Positions 17,767 through 27,908 of a stretch of DNA of 37,059 nt are shown piece after piece. The stretch comes from a virus (lineage: Duplodnaviria; Caudoviricetes): the IMG/VR virus record IMGVR_UViG_3300016476_001164, positions 1 to 37,059 of that record. One strand, written 5' to 3'. Position 1 is the first letter of the stretch. Each line of letters starts with the position of its first letter. Below the pieces are notes generated by a model. That model worked only from the letters and a program-made list of their open reading frames with translations. It had not been told where the DNA came from and ran no database searches. The position numbers and the translations under genes were made by a program.

Positions 17767-19676
17767 CCTCTCTCAAGTTTAAGTTGATTAAAATCTTTAA
17801 GAGCTTCTTCTCTTAATGTTTTCTCAAGTTTAGATAAATCTGTTTCAGTATATGTTTCACTCTTAATATCTCTACCATTTGTACTTGTTAATATTGAAGT
17901 ATAATGTCCTGGTTGAGTATCTTTAGTTATAATCCATTCTACTTTTATATTATTATCAATAGATAATTCACTATTTACCTTTTTACCAACTTCCCAGTTT
18001 ATTGCTGGATTATCAGGTAATTCAGTTGTAGTGTTATTAACTTTAGTATCATCAGCTTCATCTACAGGTACAAATGATTCAAATTCACTTTGTTTACAAA
18101 GAGTATATGTAAATACTACTTTGTTTGATAATTTAACTTGTTTATCACAGAAATCTAAGAATTGGTCATATTGTGTAGAGTTCTTAAATACATGTGCACC
18201 ACCAGAATAATTATATACATAATCTGCAATAGTATTACTTGATCTGTGAATTAAAACAATTGATTTTGCTTTTATTTTTTCTGATTTATAATTGTATTTT
18301 TCATTACTATCATTAAGATGTATTATACATTCACCTATTTTTAAACATCTATCAGTTTTATATGGTGTTGTAGTTCCATCAACTATATAAGTATCTAATT
18401 TTAACTGGTCAATATATTGTCCTAATGCTAACATACCAACACCATCCGGTAATGAAGTTGTTTTAGGAACAAATCCAGGCATTGTGGTCAATTGATATTC
18501 AAATAATTCCCAGTTACCACTTTCATTTTTGAAGAATAGATTTAATGTGTCATCAAACTTATTACTAACTTCACCACTATCTTTATTAGGTGATTGCATA
18601 GAAACAATATTCAATACACCTATATCTTCATAAACTTGATACTTTTTAGATTTTAAGAAACTTATCATCTTATCTATTTTAGGATTAGAAGTAGGAGATG
18701 ATAAAGGCTCTTTTACTGGGTTAGTATTCTCAGGTGGTAAAGTAGATGTTGTGGGTGTAGTTGTTGCAACTTGAGCAGATGCAGTACTTCCACCTGCTGC
18801 AGTTCCACCAACAGGTGTTACTGGTGTATTAATAGCAGGTTCAACATGTTTGTCATCATATTCTTGTTTTGGTCCTTCAACTGGTTTGAAATCCTCATTA
18901 GTTTTAGTAGTAAGATTATTTTCTTGTTTTGTTGAGTTCCAAGCATCACCTAATTGTGAATTATCTTCTCTATGTGTATTTCTAACAGTACTAACTTTAT
19001 TATTATCAACAATATTAACATGATGAGATAAGAAAACAGGGTCTCTTTTAGCTTTATATTTCATTAAAACTTGTATCATTGCTGGATTAGTAACAACAGG
19101 TGCACCTAAATTACCTAAATAAGGACCACCATTATTACCCATCAAATTATCTACAAACTCATCAAACCAATCCATCCAGTGATTACCTAGAATAGCTTGT
19201 TGACCAGCAGTAGCATCACCAATATTCACATGTCTATTGTTATCTTTTAGATTAAAGTCAATAGTATTTTCAGTTATATTTACATTATTGTATTTGTGGT
19301 CTAATTTAAGACCTTCTTTATCATTAACATAAACTTGTGTTTTATGGTCAAAAAGTAAAGACTTCATTGATATGTAATCAGAATTACTCAATGATAATAA
19401 TTTCTTTTCTAAATTTACATTGTAGTGGTCTGCTGCTATGTATTCAGGTTTATATTCATCTCCTTGATCAAATACAACAATAAGTACTTTACCTTTTTCA
19501 GGAACATTAACAACATTACCATTTAGATCTTTCCAAGGTGTTGCATATGGAATATCTTCAACTTTAAGATTATCAAAGACATCTAAAACTCTAACTTTAA
19601 CACGACCTAATCTTTTTGGATCACTATTATCTTCTACAACACCAACATATGTTTTATTTGCTTCTACTTTTGCCAT
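17763..19676 (-). CDS. gp5-like baseplate spike (OB-fold) fused to a degenerate L,D-transpeptidase-like domain
   Basis: YVGVVEDNSDPKRLGRVKVRV, VPEKG..V.V.F; Thr/Pro linker; NKFDD, TTMPG, GQY, IHRS..YSGGAHV. Confidence 0.8.
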   Translation of the reverse strand: MAKVEANKTYVGVVEDNSDPKRLGRVKVRVLDVFDNLKVEDIPYATPWKDLNGNVVNVPEKGKVLIVVFDQGDEYKPEYIAADHYNVNLEKKLLSLSNSDYISMKSLLFDHKTQVYVNDKEGLKLDHKYNNVNITENTIDFNLKDNNRHVNIGDATAGQQAILGNHWMDWFDEFVDNLMGNNGGPYLGNLGAPVVTNPAMIQVLMKYKAKRDPVFLSHHVNIVDNNKVSTVRNTHREDNSQLGDAWNSTKQENNLTTKTNEDFKPVEGPKQEYDDKHVEPAINTPVTPVGGTAAGGSTASAQVATTTPTTSTLPPENTNPVKEPLSSPTSNPKIDKMISFLKSKKYQVYEDIGVLNIVSMQSPNKDSGEVSNKFDDTLNLFFKNESGNWELFEYQLTTMPGFVPKTTSLPDGVGMLALGQYIDQLKLDTYIVDGTTTPYKTDRCLKIGECIIHLNDSNEKYNYKSEKIKAKSIVLIHRSSNTIADYVYNYSGGAHVFKNSTQYDQFLDFCDKQVKLSNKVVFTYTLCKQSEFESFVPVDEADDTKVNNTTTELPDNPAINWEVGKKVNSELSIDNNIKVEWIITKDTQPGHYTSILTSTNGRDIKSETYTETDLSKLEKTLREEALKDFNQLKLERG

Positions 19677-19680
19677 AAAT

Positions 19681-19689
19681 TATATATTA
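19681..19689 (-). promoter_or_regulatory. TAATATATA box
   Basis: 4 nt before the ATG at 19676. Confidence 0.65.
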
Positions 19690-19706
19690 AGATGATGTGT
19701 TTACAT

Positions 19707-21776
19707 TTACCTTTTAGTAAAACTACTTATACCACCATTTAAGAAACTACTAAGTGCACCACCTGCAAAGTCAAATAAGTCATTTCTAACATCATAGAAA
19801 AATCTATCAGATACATTACTTAATGCATTACCTAGTGCTCCTTGGTCAGGTGCATAAACATTTTTAGGTGGTCTAACTCCTTTACCACCAACAAACTCAA
19901 TACCTAATTTATTAATAGTTCTTGATAATAGATTTACTCTACTATTTACTAAATTTGCAATTTGTACCTTAACATTACTCTTTGTTGATTCCTTTAATCT
20001 CTCAACAAAATTCATTGGAGAATTAGAACCTTTTAAGTTTTGTTCTAATGACTTTACACCATTCTCTGCTGCATCTTTTACTCGATCCATAAAAGAAGGT
20101 CCTTTTTTATCAGGAACTACTGCTCTACTTCTTAATATCTCACTAATTGAGCTGGTAGGTGTAGTTGATAATGTAGCACCCACAATAGCATTAGACTTTA
20201 TTGAGTCTATTTTGATTGCTTCTAAGTCACGTTTCTGTGGTATAACTTCTTCTCCAGGTAGTCCTTTACCATAACTATTTATAAGAAATGGAGATGCAAC
20301 ACCATTCTGTCTAAATTTATTTCCACCAACTGTGTAAAATTTTGGAATTGAAGTATCTGCAGTTGATGATGTATTTCCTCTACTTCCTCTTTCACCAGGA
20401 TTACCAACTTTCCATATTGCACCACCATCATAACCAACATATTGACCAAATCCATTTGTAGTTTCCATAAACTTCTCAAACTTAACTGTTGAATATTTAA
20501 AATCAAATTCTAATGTAGTTACATCATGTGTTTTTGGCTGTTCACTTAAATCTATACCTGTAGGATGTGGCATTGAATTAAAATAAAATTGACACTCTTT
20601 TAAAGAGTAAACATATCTTGATAAATTATCTTTTATAACTTCTAAATCACCATTATCTATTGCCTTTCTAACTCTATTAAAATTTCTAACCTCTGATACT
20701 ATAATATCACAATTAAATCTTAATAAATTCTCAGGAACTAAACTTTTTCCATTTGGTTTTGACCAGTATAATAATTTATATAAATGTGCCAATGTACCTA
20801 AACTCATTGATACATCCTCAGCAAAATCTAATTTTATGACATCTTTTCTATAATCAACTAAATATTTCTTTTTCTCTGCAGCATTACTTTCTGTTAATAG
20901 ATTTAAACCTTCAACTTTTTTCAAATAATGACTCATGTATGCTTGTCTACCACTTTGAAATAATGATTTTGGACTTTCTGCATTTGCATATCCTGTTTTT
21001 GTCTTACTTAAATTGACTTGTTCATTGTTTATAGTAATTGTACCAATAGTCTTAAAGAACTTAATGAATTGTTGTTTAAAATCTTCATATACAGGTATTT
21101 TACTTCTTATCTCACTTATCATATTATAATTATTTAAAAAGTCAGCAACAGAACCATTTAGTAAAGGTGAACTAATACCATCAATAACAATTTCAAATCC
21201 AAATATTATTGGATCTTGATTTTCAAAAGGAGTATTCTTAAACTGACCTAATCTTAAATCAGACCTACCATTTATTGGGTTCTCAATAGGTGTTAAATGA
21301 TTTAATACTTGTAGTCCATGTTTGAAATAATCAGTTGCAGCATCATTAAATATTAAGTAACTATCTCTTGTACTATATGGTAAAGTTTTTAAATCTTCCT
21401 TGGTTTTAGGTAAATTTTTACTTTCTTCAAATCTATCTCTTGTTTCTACAGGTATTAAACCATTACTTGTTATTTTCTGACCCATCCAATCAGTAAACTC
21501 ATAGTTTATTAATATCTTAGGGTCAACTGCACTAGGATTAGGATTCTTAAAATCCTTGTTTGGTGGTATAGATAATATTGGTAAAAACCCAAGAGTATCA
21601 CCAAGACCTGTACTAGGATTTCTAGCAACTTGTGGCCATAGTTCACCTCTAGTTACTATTTTATTTAGATTTGCTCTCAAACTACCTGATGAGTCAATTG
21701 CTTCTTTCATTTTTAGTTCTCTATCTGTAAGTGATGAAGTTCCACCAGGATTATTAAGGTATGTTATATCTGCCAT
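19707..21776 (-). CDS. Putative tail/baseplate structural protein
   Basis: 689 aa within the baseplate cluster; function from context only. Confidence 0.5.
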   Translation of the reverse strand: MADITYLNNPGGTSSLTDRELKMKEAIDSSGSLRANLNKIVTRGELWPQVARNPSTGLGDTLGFLPILSIPPNKDFKNPNPSAVDPKILINYEFTDWMGQKITSNGLIPVETRDRFEESKNLPKTKEDLKTLPYSTRDSYLIFNDAATDYFKHGLQVLNHLTPIENPINGRSDLRLGQFKNTPFENQDPIIFGFEIVIDGISSPLLNGSVADFLNNYNMISEIRSKIPVYEDFKQQFIKFFKTIGTITINNEQVNLSKTKTGYANAESPKSLFQSGRQAYMSHYLKKVEGLNLLTESNAAEKKKYLVDYRKDVIKLDFAEDVSMSLGTLAHLYKLLYWSKPNGKSLVPENLLRFNCDIIVSEVRNFNRVRKAIDNGDLEVIKDNLSRYVYSLKECQFYFNSMPHPTGIDLSEQPKTHDVTTLEFDFKYSTVKFEKFMETTNGFGQYVGYDGGAIWKVGNPGERGSRGNTSSTADTSIPKFYTVGGNKFRQNGVASPFLINSYGKGLPGEEVIPQKRDLEAIKIDSIKSNAIVGATLSTTPTSSISEILRSRAVVPDKKGPSFMDRVKDAAENGVKSLEQNLKGSNSPMNFVERLKESTKSNVKVQIANLVNSRVNLLSRTINKLGIEFVGGKGVRPPKNVYAPDQGALGNALSNVSDRFFYDVRNDLFDFAGGALSSFLNGGISSFTKR

Positions 21777-21780
21777 TAAG

Positions 21781-21789
21781 TATATATTA
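21781..21789 (-). promoter_or_regulatory. TAATATATA box
   Basis: 4 nt before the ATG at 21776, in an 18-nt gap. Confidence 0.65.
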
Positions 21790-21794
21790 ATTTT

Positions 21795-23027
21795 TTAAGC
21801 ATATCTTGATCCATCTTGTTGAATTTCACCCCAATATTTATCAAATCTTTGCTGTCTATCATTTAATCCATTAGTACCACCATTAACTCTTTTAGTTACT
21901 GACTCAACAACTGATGGAGATGAACCTTTTAGTGTAATAGAAGTTATATCTCTAGATAGGAATTTCCACCAATAACAAGCAGCATCTGCTGCATATTTAG
22001 TTGCAACCAAATCAGGATTGACCAATACATTATCTAAACCTTTTGAAACCAAGTATTTACTATATGCTTCATAGTTTGCCCTACCAGTTACTTGAATATA
22101 ACCTCTTCCTTTATATTTAGGTCCATCACCAGGATGTGTATTACCTAAGTCTTTTCTTCCTTCATATGCTCTTCCACTTGCCAACTCTTCTTTATAAACA
22201 TAATTACCACTTTCATGTCCACATTGTGCCAAGAAGTGTGCTCTTTCTAACTTGCTTGTTATACCATATTTTCTCATAGCAACTAAAAGATCATTAGGTG
22301 GTGATTTTAATGGTTTACCTAACTTATTAGCCTTTTTAGCATTTTCTTTGATTATTCTAACCTCTTCTGGTGGTAGTTCTGCAAGTACTTCTGGTGGATA
22401 TAATTGCTCTATACTTGCAAGTATTAATTGGTCTTCTTCTGTACCAGCAAAAGTATCTTCAACATATTCAGGATCAATTGTATCTTGTTCATCACCATAT
22501 ACAAATGTATCATCTACTTTTCCAGTTATTGTTAAATATCCAATTTCAGGATTATAAAAAGTATCTTTAATCTGAACATCAAATGTATATTCTCTTGGTT
22601 CTGTTGTAGAACTTGTAACACTTACTGAACTTTTTGCAGTGACTATTGAACTTGTTGCTACAATTTCAGGACCTGTTTGTAAAGGTGATTCAGTAGGACC
22701 AGTTGGTTGAATAATTATTTCTTCATATATAAAATCAAGAAATAATCCATATTTACTAATAAGCATAATTTTAAGATTAGTAATAACATCATCTATCAAA
22801 ATATTCAAAGGTATTAACTTATCAAATGGTTTACCTTTATATTCTAATTTACCTGTATTATCTTCCACCAGTAAACCAGTTAAAACATTTAAAAATGGAT
22901 TAGGTAAATTATTCAATACTGCAACTGAACTTATAGTTGTGTCTAATTCTATAAATGATATTAAACCTTCTATTTTTTTATCACTATCACTCTTTGGATC
23001 CTTTACTATTATTTTATAATTAGACAT
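21795..23027 (-). CDS. Protein with C-terminal GH19 (chitinase-like) peptidoglycan hydrolase
   Basis: AHFLAQCGHESG, YEGRKDLGN, YKGRGYIQVTGRANY, VNGGTNGLNDR. Confidence 0.92.
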   Translation of the reverse strand: MSNYKIIVKDPKSDSDKKIEGLISFIELDTTISSVAVLNNLPNPFLNVLTGLLVEDNTGKLEYKGKPFDKLIPLNILIDDVITNLKIMLISKYGLFLDFIYEEIIIQPTGPTESPLQTGPEIVATSSIVTAKSSVSVTSSTTEPREYTFDVQIKDTFYNPEIGYLTITGKVDDTFVYGDEQDTIDPEYVEDTFAGTEEDQLILASIEQLYPPEVLAELPPEEVRIIKENAKKANKLGKPLKSPPNDLLVAMRKYGITSKLERAHFLAQCGHESGNYVYKEELASGRAYEGRKDLGNTHPGDGPKYKGRGYIQVTGRANYEAYSKYLVSKGLDNVLVNPDLVATKYAADAACYWWKFLSRDITSITLKGSSPSVVESVTKRVNGGTNGLNDRQQRFDKYWGEIQQDGSRYA

Positions 23028-23032
23028 AATTT

Positions 23033-24880
23033 TTATACATTTTTTATAATTGCATTAACTTCATTTCCATTTGCAGAAATACTTGTAATTTTTAATGTGT
23101 ATTTCTTACCATCTTTACTTTCAACATTATAAATCTCACCAACTTTATAAATACTATTTGGTGGAACAACAACATTTTGTGGTGTTGATTGTGTTCCTGT
23201 TGGATTTTCATTATTTTGTGTATTGGTTTCTGGTTTTGCAGATGAATTATTTACACTATCTTTAATTTCTTCTTTAGTTTTACTAAGTTCTTTTCTAACA
23301 CATTTAACTTCTTGTGTTAATTTACCACCTGTCCAACTATAAGCAATATCAATTATCATCCATTCACCACTTAATCTTTCTTGATTAGGATCAGGATTTG
23401 TAGGTGTATTCTTTTCATTTATAAATGCAATTTCAATTTTTTGAAACTTATAAAGATTAAAGTTAGGATTAGGTAATTCTAATTCAACCAATATTCTAAC
23501 CATATTATCTAAATTAACTTGATTTTGTGCCTCTGAATAATAGTAATTTTTATGAACATTCTCAGTATCCATTTTACCTGAATACTTAGTTCTAAAATTT
23601 TCTTCCATTGATTTACCATCTCCAGGTGCACCTTTTAATGAAATATTTTTATTTTGGTCACCACTTTGAGAATCTACATCAAATACTAAAAATTGTTTTG
23701 TGATTGAATCATATGCCTTTGTAGTTGTAAAATAACCTTTAGTAGTAGATATTTTTGTTGAATTATTAACCAGTTTATATCTTCTGATATAAAAAGGACT
23801 CATGTTAAAAGATTTATCTGTTGTTAATATCATTCTTTCAATTTTATCCTTTTGTGTATCTTCATTCAAATGGTTAACACCTGTTGATGATAAACCAACA
23901 TCATTAGAAATATCTCTCAACCATTCTTTTTCAATATCAACATAATTAAAACAATAATAGAAATCAATATAACCTAAAACATATGAAGTATCTGATATAT
24001 ATGAGTGATTTATAATACCTGAAAGAAAATCTTTAAATACAATACCATGATTTACCCAATTCATACTATCCACTGTATTTGTTATATTTGAATTAAATCC
24101 TAATTGTAATTCATTAGATACTTTTCTTAGTGCTTCAAATGATGTTCCTTTATAACTTTTATAATTAATTTTATAAAAATCTCTAAGATCAATACTACCT
24201 GTTATAGTATATGATAAACCTTTATTTTCTTGAAAGTTTATTACCTTAAACTTCATGTGAATTGACTTCAAATTCTTAGTACCTGAGTTAAAAAATATTT
24301 CAAATTTAGTATCATCTAATGGCATACCTTCCTTCTTCATAAAGCCAACTGAATCTACAAAATTTAACATTGCCTTAGGTGTAATACCATCATAATACAA
24401 TCTAAGTGATTTAATATCAGATACTCCTATTTGATATGCATTATACCAAACAAATGGGGTTAAACCTAAACCAACTCCAACTTCTTTATTATGTTTATCA
24501 TCATTTACATTAAACTCAATAGGTTTTAGAACAATAGTAGGTTTATCAATCTGTGCAATTATAGGTCTTGTTCCTTCAATTGGTTTTTGTTCTTCACCTC
24601 TAGACTTTTCTTGTGAAATTACTTCCTCTGCTATAACACTTATAGTTATATCTTTTGTTTCTACTAAATCAGAATCTGTACTTATAGTAATAACATAATC
24701 TCCTGGTTCATCAAATTGAATACCATCAAAGTCAATAAATCCATTTGTTACTATTTTATCAGTAACACCAATAAGTTCACCAGGACCACTTTTTTTAGTA
24801 AGTGTTACTTTTACACCAGTTGCATCAAAATTAGAACTTGTTGCTCCAGTTTTATTTGCAGTAGATTGTGTTAATGACAT
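23033..24880 (-). CDS. Putative baseplate hub (gp27-like) protein
   Basis: Near the gp5-like gene; C-terminal LSGEWMIIDIAY.W pattern resembles hub proteins; tentative. Confidence 0.5.
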   Translation of the reverse strand: MSLTQSTANKTGATSSNFDATGVKVTLTKKSGPGELIGVTDKIVTNGFIDFDGIQFDEPGDYVITISTDSDLVETKDITISVIAEEVISQEKSRGEEQKPIEGTRPIIAQIDKPTIVLKPIEFNVNDDKHNKEVGVGLGLTPFVWYNAYQIGVSDIKSLRLYYDGITPKAMLNFVDSVGFMKKEGMPLDDTKFEIFFNSGTKNLKSIHMKFKVINFQENKGLSYTITGSIDLRDFYKINYKSYKGTSFEALRKVSNELQLGFNSNITNTVDSMNWVNHGIVFKDFLSGIINHSYISDTSYVLGYIDFYYCFNYVDIEKEWLRDISNDVGLSSTGVNHLNEDTQKDKIERMILTTDKSFNMSPFYIRRYKLVNNSTKISTTKGYFTTTKAYDSITKQFLVFDVDSQSGDQNKNISLKGAPGDGKSMEENFRTKYSGKMDTENVHKNYYYSEAQNQVNLDNMVRILVELELPNPNFNLYKFQKIEIAFINEKNTPTNPDPNQERLSGEWMIIDIAYSWTGGKLTQEVKCVRKELSKTKEEIKDSVNNSSAKPETNTQNNENPTGTQSTPQNVVVPPNSIYKVGEIYNVESKDGKKYTLKITSISANGNEVNAIIKNV

Positions 24881-24904
24881 TTATAATATATTAATTTTAT
24901 CTAT

Positions 24905-24913
24905 TATATATTA
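24905..24913 (-). promoter_or_regulatory. TAATATATA box (second variant TAATATATT at 24885-24893)
   Basis: 24 nt and 4 nt before the ATG at 24880. Confidence 0.55.
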
Positions 24914-24924
24914 TTATAGTGTCA

Positions 24925-26538
24925 CTACAAATTAATTTTTATCTCTTTATATGGGTATTTTCTTTTTATATAAAATCCTTTACGTTCTAAGTAATGTTTG
25001 TAAAGTATATTGTTTAAGTCATTTGGATCAAAAACATCAACTAAGTCAAATATATTAACCTTATCCTTATCAGAGTGTAAACGTAATCCACGTCCAATAC
25101 TTTGAATAATTATTTGTTCTGACTTAAATGAATCTGTAAATATAACATTGAATATGGCATTAATACTTACACCTGTTGATAATGTACCAAATGAAGCAAC
25201 TAAAACTCTTACTTTACCCTCAGTTACTTCCATCTCTTTTTTAATAGCTTCTCTTTTTCTACCACTAATCTCACCATCAATATAAAAGAACTCTTTATCA
25301 GGTAATTCATCTTTTAACTTTTGATATATTCTTTGACCATTATCAATAGTATGAAATAATAAAAGTGTATTATTAGTACATTTAGCAACTATTTTTTTAA
25401 TAAACTCTAATCTTTTCTCAGATTGATGTGCATAAGCTTTCTCAAAATCAAATGCAGACTTACCATCTCCTGCTTTTCTTATTTGTTTTAAACGTTCTGC
25501 AAATTCCAAGTCATTATGGTTCATTATAACAGCTTTTATATCCATTGGAGTAATAATCCCCTTCTTTTTTAATTCATCTGCAGAAACCTCTGTTATTTTA
25601 GGTCCTAGTACAGATTGAATAGTTAGTATCTCACAAGTTTCATCAGTAGGAAAAGTACCAGATACTCCAAATCTTGAATAAGCATGTGTAAAAGTACTTT
25701 CTAATATAGAAGTAATTGTTTTTGCCTTAGCACCATGTGCTTCATCAGTGGCAATAGTATGGAATTGTTCAAAGAATTTCTTAGGCCATTTCTCTAAAGA
25801 TTGATATGTACCTATATAAACATTTGGATTTTCTGTTCCTGAAAACTTTCTTGGTCTATCTGACATAACTTCCTCTACTCTAATTGTACAAGGGGTATGT
25901 CCATTATTTAAGTCTTCAAATTTTTCTATTTTCTTCTCACGCATTTCAAGAAGATTATTTAAGCCAAAATTATATTCAACTATATTATCATAGAATTGTG
26001 TTACAAGTGTAATAGAAGGAACTATAATAAGGAATTTTGCATTAGGGTCAGTATGTTTCAAAGTGTAAAACATAACTATTGATATGATTAAAGATTTACC
26101 ACCAGAAGTTGCCACCTCTGCCATACAAAATCTATTCTTTAAGATTTTATATGCTGCTTCAATTTGATGATCATAAGGCATAAAAGGAACTATTTGACCA
26201 TCTTTTTTCATTTTATGTGTTTTGAAAAAATCTTTACAGAAATCTTGTACTTTTTCTAAAGTAACATCTCTATTTATTGGAAAGTCTTCTTTGTTTTCAA
26301 GTATAAAAGGCATGTCTATTTCTTTACACCCTTTTAGTGCTTCTTTCCATAATCCAACATTTATTCTACCATCTCTAAAGTAAGATTTTTTTCCATCCCA
26401 TACACCTAACTTCACTGCTGGTTGATATTTCCAACCTTTAACATGACGAGTTAGCCATAAACTCATTTGATGATATTCTATTCTTGTTGCTTCACTGACT
26501 ACTAATTCTTCTGTTTCTTTATCATATCTAAACTTCAT
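24925..26538 (-). CDS. uvsW: UvsW-like superfamily 2 DNA helicase
   Basis: WDGK, PYDHQ, ATSGGKS, TYQS, DEAH, SGT, STGVSI, QSIGRGLR. Confidence 0.9.
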   Translation of the reverse strand: MKFRYDKETEELVVSEATRIEYHQMSLWLTRHVKGWKYQPAVKLGVWDGKKSYFRDGRINVGLWKEALKGCKEIDMPFILENKEDFPINRDVTLEKVQDFCKDFFKTHKMKKDGQIVPFMPYDHQIEAAYKILKNRFCMAEVATSGGKSLIISIVMFYTLKHTDPNAKFLIIVPSITLVTQFYDNIVEYNFGLNNLLEMREKKIEKFEDLNNGHTPCTIRVEEVMSDRPRKFSGTENPNVYIGTYQSLEKWPKKFFEQFHTIATDEAHGAKAKTITSILESTFTHAYSRFGVSGTFPTDETCEILTIQSVLGPKITEVSADELKKKGIITPMDIKAVIMNHNDLEFAERLKQIRKAGDGKSAFDFEKAYAHQSEKRLEFIKKIVAKCTNNTLLLFHTIDNGQRIYQKLKDELPDKEFFYIDGEISGRKREAIKKEMEVTEGKVRVLVASFGTLSTGVSINAIFNVIFTDSFKSEQIIIQSIGRGLRLHSDKDKVNIFDLVDVFDPNDLNNILYKHYLERKGFYIKRKYPYKEIKINL

Positions 26539-26671
26539 CTCATTATTATATATAAAATATATCAGTTTGTTTTACAATACCTTGATTTTACTTGAAATGT
26601 TTAAAATTTTGGGGTTTTTTACAAAGGGAAGGTGACAAATTGAATATATAATTAAAAAATAAATTAAAATT

Positions 26672-27139
26672 ATGGGATTATGGAAATTCATTAAAGGACT
26701 TTTTGGAAGTAAAAAAGTAGAAGATTGTTGTGGTTGTGATACACCTGAGTCTTGTACAACTCCAGAAGTTTGTGAAACTGTAGAAGTACCAACTGTAGAA
26801 GTTGTGGAACAAGAAGTACCAGCAGTAGAGGTTGTGGAAAAAGAAGAAGAAGTACCAGCAGTAGAGGTTGTGGAAACTAAAGTTGAGGAAGCACCTGTTG
26901 AGAAGGTTAAAAAACCTAGAAGAAGAAAAGCTAAAGCTGAGAAAAAAGAAGTAAAAGAAATTACTGAAAAACTTGTTGAAGCATCTGAGAAAAAAGTAAC
27001 TGCTAAAGATATTAAATCTAAAGGTAAGAAAAAATCAGAGTTTCCAATTGAGAAACCTGTTGTCACTACAGAAGAGAAAAAAGCTAAACCAAGACGTAAG
27101 AGAAAGCCAAAAACTAAAACTGACGAAGGTAAAGCATAA
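26672..27139 (+). CDS. Low-complexity protein: amphipathic N-helix, Cys cluster, acidic repeats, Lys/Arg-rich tail
   Basis: MGLWKFIKGLFG, CCGC, EVPxVEVVE x3, KPRRRK/KPRRKRK; GAATATATA at 26642-26650. Confidence 0.75.
   Translation: MGLWKFIKGLFGSKKVEDCCGCDTPESCTTPEVCETVEVPTVEVVEQEVPAVEVVEKEEEVPAVEVVETKVEEAPVEKVKKPRRRKAKAEKKEVKEITEKLVEASEKKVTAKDIKSKGKKKSEFPIEKPVVTTEEKKAKPRRKRKPKTKTDEGKA
26811..26876 (+). repeat. 30-nt perfect direct repeat inside the CDS (26811-26840, 26847-26876)
   Basis: aagaagtaccagcagtagaggttgtggaaa x2; degenerate third copy at about 26782-26809. Confidence 0.9.
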
Positions 27140-27141
27140 TT

Positions 27142-27167
27142 AAAAACCCACTATTAAGTGGGTTTTT
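27142..27167. terminator. Bidirectional intrinsic terminator
   Basis: aaaaacccact-atta-agtgggttttt. Confidence 0.85.
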
Positions 27168-27908
27168 TTATTTTAATAAGTCAATTGCAATATCATAATG
27201 TTCTTTATCTAACTCAGAACCTAAATAATTTCTACCATTTTTCTTACAAGCTCTTGCTGTAGTACCAATACCAATAAATGGATCATAAATCAAACTATCT
27301 ATTGGAAAGTAAATATTCATTAACTTCTCTACAAATTCCTCAGAATAAGAAGCCTTTAATTTACACTTTATACCATCATTGTTCTTAGCTTCAATTATAT
27401 TTACATAATTCTTATAGAATTTTTGTTTAGTCTTATCATTAATAGTACTAACTTCTTTATTAGTAATAAAATCATGTAAATGTTCTTTCTTAACAATTAC
27501 ATAAACTAACTCACATAATCTTGATAATTTTGTAGGACTTGTTTGAAAGGGTATTGCATTAGACTTTTTCCAAGTGATAATATCTGCCACAGTTAAATCT
27601 GTTTCATTATGTATCTTTGATATTAAAAGAGTTGGCAAAATAGGATTTTCATTATGATAAGAGATATTATAACAAATAACACCTTTATCAATCATAATTC
27701 TTGAAAACTCTTTAAACTCATTTGTTCTTACTTCAAGGTATTCATCTTCTGATAAATTATCATTATCTGAATATCCATTATTATAATAGATGTCTTTTCT
27801 CTTTGTAGTGATATTGTAAGGTGGTGATGTAATAATGCCAGAAATTGTCTTATCTGGTATTCTCATCATTGTACTTAAATTATCTTCATTGAATATTTGG
27901 TTTATCAT
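27168..27908 (-). CDS. Beta-class N4/N6 DNA methyltransferase (probably N4-cytosine)
   Basis: ITSPPYN before DPFIGIGTT. Confidence 0.88.
   Translation of the reverse strand: MINQIFNEDNLSTMMRIPDKTISGIITSPPYNITTKRKDIYYNNGYSDNDNLSEDEYLEVRTNEFKEFSRIMIDKGVICYNISYHNENPILPTLLISKIHNETDLTVADIITWKKSNAIPFQTSPTKLSRLCELVYVIVKKEHLHDFITNKEVSTINDKTKQKFYKNYVNIIEAKNNDGIKCKLKASYSEEFVEKLMNIYFPIDSLIYDPFIGIGTTARACKKNGRNYLGSELDKEHYDIAIDLLK

Noticed and set aside
26572-27066. 164-aa minus-strand ORF with Ser/Thr repeats
   Set aside because: Mirror of the E/V/K-rich plus-strand gene, which has its own box and terminator.
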